A stretch of DNA of 64,000 nt from Candidatus Multivoradales bacterium (GTDB taxonomy: Bacteria; Acidobacteriota; Thermoanaerobaculia; Multivoradales; Multivoraceae). Below, in pieces: positions 55,705 to 64,000 of this stretch; position 1 is the first letter of the stretch; each line of letters begins with the position of its first letter. The position numbers and the translations under genes were made by a program. Below the pieces are notes generated by a model. That model searched no databases. It was not told the DNA's origin and saw only the letters and a list, made by a program, of their open reading frames with translations. The stretch is taken from contig CBDCWI010000002.1 of the NCBI GenBank assembly GCA_965223325.1, forward strand, positions 928,001 to 992,000, in the 5' to 3' direction.

Positions 55705-58626
55705 ATGCCAGACGAGACGCGCCGATCCACCCCCGACCCGTTCGAGCTGTTCGACGCTGCGGACGATGTGCTCGAGGAAGCCCTCGCGCTCGAGCCCGAA
55801 GAGCGCCCCGACTTTGTCGCACGGGCATGTGCTGGTAGGCCTCAGCTGGGTGAACTCGTCGGGCAGCTGCTCGACGAGATCGACGTTGCGGGAGGCAGCA
55901 ACGCCTCCGAACACCCGGCGTTTCCAATCGCCGCGCTCGCACTTGGTGGGGCACTGCTCCAAGAGCCCACACCGCGCCTCGAGGCGGGCGATCTACTCGC
56001 CGACTACGAGATCTGCGAGGGCATCGGCGCGGGAGGAATGGGTGAGGTCTACCGAGCGACGGACCGGCGCCTCGGACGTGATGTCGCCATCAAGGTCCTT
56101 CCCCAGCACCTCTCGAGCGATGAAGACCTACGTGCTCGTTTCGCCCGCGAGGCGAGGGCGATCTCGAAGCTCAACCACCCGAATGTCTGCGTTCTCCACG
56201 ATATTGGAAGGTCCGGAGACATCGATTACCTGGTCATGGAACTTCTGGTCGGCGAATCGCTGCGGGAACGGATGGATCGCGAGCCCCTCTCACTTGGAGA
56301 GGCACTGCGCCTGGCAACGCAAATCGCTGCCGCTCTCTCTGCGGCACACAGAAACCGCATCGTGCACCGCGATCTCAAGCCCAGCAATGTGTTCTTGGTG
56401 GCCTCGGGCGCCAAGCTCCTGGACTTCGGCATTGCCAAACTCCAGCCGCCCGCGGTCGGAGTCAAGCAGCCTCTGGACGCTGGCGAAACGACAGTGCGTG
56501 GCACTCTCATTGGAACGCCGCAGTACATGGCACCCGAGCAGCTCGAGGGCGGTCCTGTTGACTCTCGTACCGACATCTTCGCATTCGGCGTGCTGCTCTA
56601 CGAAATGGTCTCGGGAGAAAACCCGTTCCCCGGGACGAGCCAGGCAAGGGTGATCTCGGCGGTTCTCTCGCACGATCCGGCGCCCGTTTCGTCGCTCGAA
56701 AAGGAGGTGCCGCACGAGATCGACAGGCTGATCGCCACCTGTCTGGCGAAGGCACCAGACGATCGCTGGCAGAGCGCAGGGGACCTCGCACGCGAACTCG
56801 AGTACATCGCCACCACCGAGCCCAAGCCAAGCGAGCGTAAGCGGCGCTCGTGGAGCGTTCGTGCTGGCGAAACGTTCGCGAAACTGGCTCTCGCGCTCGC
56901 TGCCGGCCTGCTCGGCCTGGTCTTGGCTTCGGCCTGGTTCTCCAGAGCGCCGACGCCCGAACCGAGCGGCGCCTACCGCTTCGAGATCGATGGTCTCGCA
57001 CACCATGAAGGCTGGACCAGGCTCGCGCTCTCTCCCGACGGGACAGCAGTCGCCTATGTCACGGAGGCCTCTGGCGACCGCCACATGGCGCTTCGCCGAA
57101 TGAACGACACCGAACCGAGCCTCATCCCAGGCACACTCAACACCGAGACTCCCGTCTTCTCCCCCGATGGTCGCTGGCTGGCCTTCGTTCGTATTCCAAC
57201 AGGCCGGCTCGAGAAGGTCTCCCTGCGGGGTGGCACGCCGATCGAGCTCGCCCAGGTCGACAACCTGCAGGGCGCGACCTGGGCCCGCGACGGCTACCTC
57301 TACTACTCACCGCAGCCCTCGTCGGGCATCTGGCGTGTCCACCAGGATGGCGGAACACCCGAGCATTTGAGTGAGCCCGATCCAGCACGCCGCCAGCACT
57401 CGCATCGTGCCCCGACCGTCCTCCCTGGAGGAAGGTTCGTGGTATTTGTCCTCGCGGACAGTCGAACGGTCTCCTACGACGACGCGTCGACTGAGATCCT
57501 CGATCTCCAAAGCGGCAAACACCGGACCCTGATCGAAAACGCTTACGCGCCGCGGTTCTCAGCGACCGGCCACCTTCTCTTCATCCAGAAGGGCGAGTTA
57601 CTGGCCGTTGCGATCGACCCAGTGAACGGCACGACGAGCGGAGCACCCTTCAGGATCGCAAGCAATGTGGTCGGAAACTCACTTCATGGTGGAGGCGACT
57701 ATGCGGTCTCTGACAACGGTGTCTTGGCCTACGCGAAGGGAGAGCCTACGGCACCCCACCGCGATCTTCTGTGGGTCGATCGCAACGGCAACGAGAGTCT
57801 CCAGCCGGTCGAGCCAACCGCCGTTCTCAACATGCGGCTCGACCCCACCGGTCGCTACATCGCCCTCCAGGTCCAGGGAGCCAACAACCGCATCTGGCTC
57901 CATGACCTCGAGCGATCGACGTCGTCACTCGTCACCCGGGAGTGGAGCGACCACCTTCCGGTATGGACGCCAGACAGCCAACGCATCGCCATCTCCTCCA
58001 CTCGCGGCGGCCCACTCAATCTGTTCTGGCGAAGCGCAGACGGTGTGGGTGACGCCGAGCTCCTTCTCGCCTCGAAGATCATGCTTCATCCCGGTTCCTT
58101 CTCGCCCGACGGGCAGTACCTCGCCTACTGGCAGCTCGAGGCAGAAGACATCGGCGACATCTTCCTGCTACCGCTCGGCGACGGCGGTCGGACCCCGGGC
58201 GAGCCGGTACCGCTCGTTGAGTCCCCGGCCATCGAAGGCGCGCCGCGTTTCTCTCCAGACGGCCGCTACATTGCGTACGTCTCGGACGAGTCCGGGCGCC
58301 CAGAAATCTACGTCGTGACGGTCGAGAAACCGCGGCGCCGCTTTCGGCTCTCGAATGGCGGAGGCTACTCCCCGCGCTGGTCGCGGAGCTCAGAAGAGCT
58401 CTTCTACCGCAGCGGCGACCGGATGATGGCGGTTGCTGTGGGCTTCGAGCCCTTCGAGCACGGTTCGCCGAAAGAACTCTGGAGTGGCGACTACTGGAAG
58501 AGCGAAATGTTCGATTTGACGCACTACGATGTCCACCCCGATGGCCGGTTCCTCATGCTGCGCGAACGCAAGCGGCCGCCCGAACCGATCGTTGTCGAAA
58601 CCGACGCTCTGGATTTCCACCGGTAG
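55705..58626 (+). CDS. Ser/Thr protein kinase with a C-terminal TolB/PD40-like beta-propeller
   Basis: Motifs GAGGMGEVY, HRDLKPSN, DFG and APE; TM helix; repeated SPDG. Confidence 0.95.
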   Translation: MPDETRRSTPDPFELFDAADDVLEEALALEPEERPDFVARACAGRPQLGELVGQLLDEIDVAGGSNASEHPAFPIAALALGGALLQEPTPRLEAGDLLADYEICEGIGAGGMGEVYRATDRRLGRDVAIKVLPQHLSSDEDLRARFAREARAISKLNHPNVCVLHDIGRSGDIDYLVMELLVGESLRERMDREPLSLGEALRLATQIAAALSAAHRNRIVHRDLKPSNVFLVASGAKLLDFGIAKLQPPAVGVKQPLDAGETTVRGTLIGTPQYMAPEQLEGGPVDSRTDIFAFGVLLYEMVSGENPFPGTSQARVISAVLSHDPAPVSSLEKEVPHEIDRLIATCLAKAPDDRWQSAGDLARELEYIATTEPKPSERKRRSWSVRAGETFAKLALALAAGLLGLVLASAWFSRAPTPEPSGAYRFEIDGLAHHEGWTRLALSPDGTAVAYVTEASGDRHMALRRMNDTEPSLIPGTLNTETPVFSPDGRWLAFVRIPTGRLEKVSLRGGTPIELAQVDNLQGATWARDGYLYYSPQPSSGIWRVHQDGGTPEHLSEPDPARRQHSHRAPTVLPGGRFVVFVLADSRTVSYDDASTEILDLQSGKHRTLIENAYAPRFSATGHLLFIQKGELLAVAIDPVNGTTSGAPFRIASNVVGNSLHGGGDYAVSDNGVLAYAKGEPTAPHRDLLWVDRNGNESLQPVEPTAVLNMRLDPTGRYIALQVQGANNRIWLHDLERSTSSLVTREWSDHLPVWTPDSQRIAISSTRGGPLNLFWRSADGVGDAELLLASKIMLHPGSFSPDGQYLAYWQLEAEDIGDIFLLPLGDGGRTPGEPVPLVESPAIEGAPRFSPDGRYIAYVSDESGRPEIYVVTVEKPRRRFRLSNGGGYSPRWSRSSEELFYRSGDRMMAVAVGFEPFEHGSPKELWSGDYWKSEMFDLTHYDVHPDGRFLMLRERKRPPEPIVVETDALDFHR

Positions 58627-58846
58627 TACGGCACCGTCGTTCATATTTTGGTCACGGGAGATCCTTCCGCTGGACTCCTTGCTGGGAGACCTCCACTTCG
58701 CTGAGGGAGTTTGACTCTGACCCACCAGCATGGACCCGGTAGGGGACCGTCGCCCCTCACGATCCGCGGTCCTGGCCTGCTGCGTTTCGAGTTTCGAGGT
58801 GCCGCGCTTCCCAGGCCCGCGGAGACTCCGGTCGAGCTGGAAGGAC

Positions 58847-59278
58847 TCAGGCAACACTCGCAGATGGAGGGCCATCGGATGGTTCGAAGGCGTCTGCGAG
58901 GAGGCGGCAAGCGTCGAAGTTCGTAAAGATCCCGGCGAGCTTTTCGCCGCGGCGCACGAGAACACTCCCTACCCGCTCTCGCATCATCAGTCGCAAGACA
59001 CGATCGAGCGGTTGGTCCATCTCGACGATCAAAACATCGGGCCGCAGGACGTCCTGAATTTGCACGCCTCGGTCCGACGCCTTGTCGAGGTCACGATTGC
59101 TCACAATTCCAATCAAGTCTCTACCGCGCTGCACCGGTAGATGGTGGATCTCGTGTTCTTGCATCATGACCCTGGCGTCTTCGACGATCGCTGTGTCGTG
59201 GATGAAATAGGGAAACGGTGTCATGACCTGCTTGACCTTGGGGGCAGGACCTCCGAATGAGAGCGGCGTGGCGGTCAT
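58847..59278 (-). CDS. CBS domain pair protein
   Basis: Motifs VKQVMTP, IHHLPV..GIVSNRDL and VGSVLV..GIFTNFD. Confidence 0.9.
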   Translation of the reverse strand: MTATPLSFGGPAPKVKQVMTPFPYFIHDTAIVEDARVMMQEHEIHHLPVQRGRDLIGIVSNRDLDKASDRGVQIQDVLRPDVLIVEMDQPLDRVLRLMMRERVGSVLVRRGEKLAGIFTNFDACRLLADAFEPSDGPPSASVA

Positions 59279-59709
59279 CGATCCTCCTCGGGAAACTCTG
59301 GTTGCGATGGGTGCCGCGGGGCCGACGCCCTCTGAACGGTCCATTCAAGAGAAGCGCGAACCCTCACGCCATGTTGAGAACTTCCACCAGTGAACGAAAT
59401 AGGCAGAAACCGTACCACCCGGTCTGCGCCGGTCTACGTCGCCCGTCTCCCCTGGACGCCGCACACGGTCTCGGGTAGTTCCCCGTCGATGCCGGACGCC
59501 GAGGCTGGGCCCGGAGCCTCTGCCTTCTCGCGGCACCCGTCGCGCGACCGGAGCTGCGGCTTCTACCTGCTCCGTCTGTGAGACGCCCTGGTGGATCAGC
59601 ACAACCGAAACGCCCTACACTCTCCGCACGCCACATGAGAGCTGAGGCAAGTCCTTGGGGAAGATCCTCGGTGAAAACCGGCAGAACCGTGAGCAAAGGG
59701 GAGAAGACG

Positions 59710-59988
59710 ATGACGAGAATCAGCAAGGTCGTTTTGCGCGATATGTTCGAGACCGTGGAGCGGACACGTGATGAACTCCGTCTCCAGGCGCATCTCGGCA
59801 AGGAAGAAGCCAAAGACGAAGCTACCGAGCGCTGGCATGCGCTCGAGGACAAATGGCGGGCGCTGAACCAACGCCGATCCGAAATCGCCGAGGTCGCCGA
59901 GGATGCCGGCGAAGGAGTTCTAGAAGGACTCAAGCTCTCGCTAGAAGAGCTCCGCGACGGCTACGAGCGCCTTCGCAAGCGCACCTGA
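59710..59988 (+). CDS. Small coiled-coil hypothetical protein
   Basis: RBS GGGAGA; RDELRLQAHLGKEEAKD...GYERL. Confidence 0.75.
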   Translation: MTRISKVVLRDMFETVERTRDELRLQAHLGKEEAKDEATERWHALEDKWRALNQRRSEIAEVAEDAGEGVLEGLKLSLEELRDGYERLRKRT

Positions 59989-60232
59989 TCCAAGCATGAC
60001 GCCCAGAGCAGGCCAGTAGTCCCGAGCGTCCAGGGTTCTCAGAAGAGTTCGAAGACAGCATCGAAGACTACTTGCTCCACCCAGCGCTGACCATCTTCGT
60101 TCCGCCAGGTGAGGTCAAACCAGCAACTCGACCTCGCCCTCCTCGAAGGGGAACCCCACGGGGTCCGCAGATGACTGCCAGGGGCCAGCCCTGGCCACCG
60201 GGACGCCCCTTCGACCGGACACACCACTCGGC

Positions 60233-60904
60233 CTACCTTTCGAGGTGCGAGACGGGCTGGGGAAGGATGAAGAGCATCAGCACACGGGGAGCACCCACCG
60301 CCTCGGTAAAACGCCAGCCACGAGCTGCGGCAACGACGGCACCGTCAAGCCCTGGCGCTCCGCGCAGCACCTGCATCTGCACGACCTCTCCGTTCCCACC
60401 GATGGTGGCTCCGAGCAGCACCTGTCCGCCCGCCAACGCACGCGGTGGGAAGCCCGGTACGACCACCTGCAACGGCATAGGAAAACCCGCCGATGCCTCG
60501 GTGTAGGTGAAGTGACGGTTGTCACCCTCGGCGGCGGGAAAACTCGGAGAGCGCGAGACAACCGCCAGTAGGATGGCCGAGTCAACGGCCTCGCCATCGA
60601 TCGTTGCAGGCCGGAACCACCAGCTTGAGAAAGCCTCTTCCAATGCGTCGGCGGCCTCGGCAACCGGATCGACAACGTCTGGCTGCACCTCGGGTGCCTC
60701 CCGAGTGGGCCGCATGGAACTCCAGCCCAGCAACGATCCGTCGCGGCCGACCTCGAGTTCGTAGAGGGTCAGCCCACCGCCTATGGCGTGTGGATGGATA
60801 GGGGGCAGGGCTCCGCCACCGAAACGGGGTGAATCGTCGGCGGCGCTCCCGAAACCGACAGCCATTGCTGCCAACAAAACAACCCAGCGCCCTGAGGTCT
60901 TCAA
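60233..60904 (-). CDS. TonB C-terminal-like protein (two domains)
   Basis: Motifs WWFRPATIDGEAV and AVVAAARGWRF; TTG start overlapping the upstream TGA. Confidence 0.65.
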   Translation of the reverse strand: MKTSGRWVVLLAAMAVGFGSAADDSPRFGGGALPPIHPHAIGGGLTLYELEVGRDGSLLGWSSMRPTREAPEVQPDVVDPVAEAADALEEAFSSWWFRPATIDGEAVDSAILLAVVSRSPSFPAAEGDNRHFTYTEASAGFPMPLQVVVPGFPPRALAGGQVLLGATIGGNGEVVQMQVLRGAPGLDGAVVAAARGWRFTEAVGAPRVLMLFILPQPVSHLER

Positions 60905-61413
60905 GCCCCACTCTCCAGAGCCACCGCCCCATCCGGGCGAGCCGGCTCGACGCCACCCAGCGCCGGCTCTGCCAAGGACATAAGCGCGACAGCGACGGCA
61001 ACGATCAAGACCCACATCTCGAGGCGATGGTAGCGAGCGAGCCGCAAAAGTGCGCCGGTGAGATGCGTTAGATCACGGCCCTCGGTACCAACCAGCAGCC
61101 GCAACTCGCGGGTCACCCCGCTTAGCCAGAATCCACTGAGCACGAAGTAGGCTCCGATCATCGCCAACACCACCCCGAGACCCAGCGAGACATTCATCGC
61201 TGTGCTGATGGCGACGATCCCGAGGATCGTGGCGAGGAGCTAGGCTGAGGCGGCCGTACTGTTGGTCGCTCTGGCGAGCAGCCGGCAGGCCGCTTCCTCC
61301 TGCCCTTTCAGCTCGTACTCCTTGGTATCCGGCTCGGCCTGTGACGTGTCCGGCTTTGAAACAGCAGTGTGCAGCCGCTCGGTATCCGTGTTCTGACGTT
61401 CTCCTGGTCCCAT
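60901..61413 (-). pseudogene. Membrane protein gene with an in-frame TAG at 61240-61242
   Basis: RBS AAGGAG and ATG at 61413, in frame with the 60901-61197 ORF; the hydrophobic segment continues across the TAG. Confidence 0.55.
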
Positions 61414-61608
61414 GATCAGACTCCTTGGTAGTAGCCCTTTGCGATTCCGTCCGCTTCCGAATGTCGTTCCAAACGGCAGGCTGCGAGATCCGACGCATCA
61501 GGCACCGGTCGATGTGGTCGGTGCGCCTCCTAGTACCCACTTCTCCTTAGCTTCCAAAGGACCCCGGGCGCCGCAATGAACGGCCGAGTTCTCATAACGT
61601 TCGCGATC

Positions 61609-63339
61609 TCACTCGTCTTCACCGCCGCCTCGGTAGCGAAAATGCCTAGCCGCCATGAACACACCAATGGCACTCGCTATCCCGAGGGAAGCGAACCCGA
61701 GCCAACGCCCCGGACCTCCCAAGGTATCGCCAGCATGCAAGAGGATCGAGCCCGCGACCAGCAACGAGGCCACTACTACGGCCCCAGCGAGGAGCCGGCT
61801 CGCAAACAGAATCGCCGCGGTCAAGCGCCCTAGCCCACCGTGCGAGAGGCGTACATCGAACTGCCGATGGCGAATCTGATTGAGCAGCCTGCTGAGATCC
61901 CTGGGCAGATGCTCAAGCAGCGTCGAGTAGGCGCTCACGCTAGCCGCCATTCGCCTGGTGAGAGATTCGAGCGAGAGCCGGCGCGATGCTAACGCAGTAA
62001 GCGAGCGGGCGACTTCCTCCGACAGGTGGAAACCGGGCAAGATGTTGTTGGCAACCGCTTCGACAGCCGTGAGCGCCTTGAGTAGCTTGACCAGGTCGCC
62101 ATGGAGCACCATGCCGTGTCGGCGAAGCACCACATAGAGACGCGTGAGCAGGCGAGTGATATCGAGTTGCTCGAGAGTCGCGTGGTCGAAGTCGACGAGA
62201 AAATCCTGAATGCTGCGACGAAGAGGACGATCCTCCTCGAGAGCAGGGTCAGCCCCCGTGAGATCGATCGCCGTGAGCTGGCAAGCCTCGGCGTCGCCTT
62301 CGAGAATGTGGGTCACAAGGTCGACGAGGAGGCGTCGCTGATCCTGCCCGAGGTAACCAGTAATACCGCAGTCGATAAACCCCACCCGGTCGCCAGGCAT
62401 GTAAAGAAGGTTGCCTGGATGGGGATCGGCATGGAAGAAGCCGTAGTCGAGACACTGACGCACTACCGCTCGGCAGCCCCGGGCAACGAAGGCGTGTGCC
62501 GCTTCGGGCGTCAGGCTGTCGGCATCGAGCTTCGAGACGGTGGTGCCCGCGAGGAACTCGAGTACCAGGACACTAGGAGTCGAGACATGCCAGTAGACTC
62601 GTGGAAAGACGACATTGGGATCGTCGCCAACGAGACGACGCAGTCGGTCTGTCGCTCGACCTTCATGGAGAAGGTCGAGTTCGGTCATCCGATCCTGTGC
62701 GAATTCCTGCAGCAGATCGACTGGGTCCACCCCAAGGTTGTTCACGTGACGGGCCGACAGCGAAGCGAGGAGCGCCAAGACCTCGAGATCGGACTGGATC
62801 ACTTCGCCAATGCCCGGACGAAGCACCTTGAGAACCACTTGCGAGCCATCGCTGAGGGTCGCGCGATGGATCTGGGCCACCGAGCCTGCCGCAAGCACGT
62901 TGGCGTCGATCGATTGAAACTCGGTTTCCAGGCGTTTGCCGAGGCAGTGGCGGAGCTCGTTCTGGATCGCCGACCAGGCAACCGGGCGCACTGCCTCCTG
63001 GAGACGCGCAAACTCGCGTGTCCAATCATCTGGAAGCAGGTCGTGCCGAGTCGACAGGAACTGCCCGAGCTTGACAAAGGTCGGCCCGAGTTCTTCGAAG
63101 ACAGCCCGCAACCGCTCCGGTGTAGTTTCCGGCGCCCCTGCCGCAATCTCGGTCTCCGACTCGCCACTCGACTTGCGCGGGGACACCCTTCGTGAACCGG
63201 GCAGGTCGAAGCGACTGACCAGGTCGGCCAGACCATGGTGAATCAGCACGCGTGATACCTCACGCGCACGCCTCACCACGCGGAGCTTGCTACCTAGACC
63301 GCTCAATAGGACGTCACTGGGTTCGACTGCGGCAGCCAT
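61609..63339 (-). CDS. ABC1/UbiB/AarF family atypical kinase
   Basis: Motifs LGPTFVKLGQ, AAGSVAQIH, VLKV, GFFHADPHPGN and IDCG; C-terminal TMs. Confidence 0.93.
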   Translation of the reverse strand: MAAAVEPSDVLLSGLGSKLRVVRRAREVSRVLIHHGLADLVSRFDLPGSRRVSPRKSSGESETEIAAGAPETTPERLRAVFEELGPTFVKLGQFLSTRHDLLPDDWTREFARLQEAVRPVAWSAIQNELRHCLGKRLETEFQSIDANVLAAGSVAQIHRATLSDGSQVVLKVLRPGIGEVIQSDLEVLALLASLSARHVNNLGVDPVDLLQEFAQDRMTELDLLHEGRATDRLRRLVGDDPNVVFPRVYWHVSTPSVLVLEFLAGTTVSKLDADSLTPEAAHAFVARGCRAVVRQCLDYGFFHADPHPGNLLYMPGDRVGFIDCGITGYLGQDQRRLLVDLVTHILEGDAEACQLTAIDLTGADPALEEDRPLRRSIQDFLVDFDHATLEQLDITRLLTRLYVVLRRHGMVLHGDLVKLLKALTAVEAVANNILPGFHLSEEVARSLTALASRRLSLESLTRRMAASVSAYSTLLEHLPRDLSRLLNQIRHRQFDVRLSHGGLGRLTAAILFASRLLAGAVVVASLLVAGSILLHAGDTLGGPGRWLGFASLGIASAIGVFMAARHFRYRGGGEDE

Positions 63340-63580
63340 ACCTTTCAGTGTGGCGCGCTTCTCGACGTGCTTGAACCGCGGGCTTCAAGGAGCGGGCCTG
63401 CGGAAAACCGAACCTCTTGGCGCCTGTGCGATTCAGGCCTTCTGCCCAAGGTTGGCCAACTTTGGGTTTCTACGTGGGCGGTGTAGCAGAAGTCACGGTT
63501 CATGGACCCCTGGACCTCGGTGATAGTGGCAGCAGCCATCGAATGCCATACTCGTGGATCGAAAACCATGTGAGGACAAG

Positions 63581-64000
63581 ATGCGCCCTAAGAACATCCT
63601 CCTACCGACAGACTTCTCACCGCCGTCTTTGGCAGCCCTCGAGCGGGGTTTCGACATGGCGAAGCAGTTCGATGGGACACCTCACTTCGTCCACGTCGTT
63701 CAACTCATGGACTTCACACCAATGATGTCCGCGCACGAGACGACGGCCTCGTTTGGTGACCTGTATCAACAGGTCGTCAAGCGGGCGGAGGCACGGCTCC
63801 AGGAGATCGCCACAAGGCTAGCGGGCGACCAGGAGAGCTCTCCGACCGTTTCGGTGATCGAGGCCAACTCGATCTCGACGGCTCTCTGCGACTACGCTCA
63901 TGCCAACGGCATCGATCTCATGGTCGTCGGAACCCACGGACACTCTGGTCTCAAGCGCTTCATCCTCGGCAGCGTCGCAGAGAGATTGGTCCGGCTTGCG
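63581..64000 (+). CDS. Universal stress protein (3' truncated by the window edge)
   Basis: MRPKNILLPTDFS...DLMVVGTHGHSGLKRFILGSVAERLVRLA. Confidence 0.93.
   Translation, partial: MRPKNILLPTDFSPPSLAALERGFDMAKQFDGTPHFVHVVQLMDFTPMMSAHETTASFGDLYQQVVKRAEARLQEIATRLAGDQESSPTVSVIEANSISTALCDYAHANGIDLMVVGTHGHSGLKRFILGSVAERLVRLA

Noticed and set aside
59345-59602. 85-aa minus-strand ORF between the CBS and coiled-coil genes
   Set aside because: Arg/Gly-rich with no RBS or motif; probably a divergent promoter region.
62101-63195. 364-aa plus-strand ORF
   Set aside because: Antisense shadow of the ABC1 kinase.

Overview
GC-rich bacterial DNA, probably from an Acidobacteriota (Thermoanaerobaculia-like) genome. 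This placement is inferred from an ADOP-type duplicated permease, ECF sigma/Ser-Thr kinase modules and secreted proteins with C-terminal 'LFxDxFE' tails. Positions 1-40 kb are mostly intact backbone: a putative sugar/aminosugar catabolic operon, a sigma54-preceded trio of pilin-like genes, an M23 peptidase, fatty-acid/CoA metabolism genes, a REC-EAL protein, a zinc-ribbon kinase with a PP2C phosphatase, a Baeyer-Villiger monooxygenase-esterase fusion and several secreted proteins. About 40.4-55.7 kb is a decayed accessory region: Fic, a ParE-type TA pair in what looks like an integron cassette, at least three attC-like sites but no integrase, IS256/IS3/IS110 remnants, a FecA-like TonB-dependent receptor with a tandem palindromic operator, and an ECF-kinase-secreted protein module. 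The end holds a stress-type cluster (CBS, TonB-like, ABC1 kinase, USP). No rRNA, tRNA or CRISPR array was seen. All calls come from motif recognition by eye; no database searches were run.
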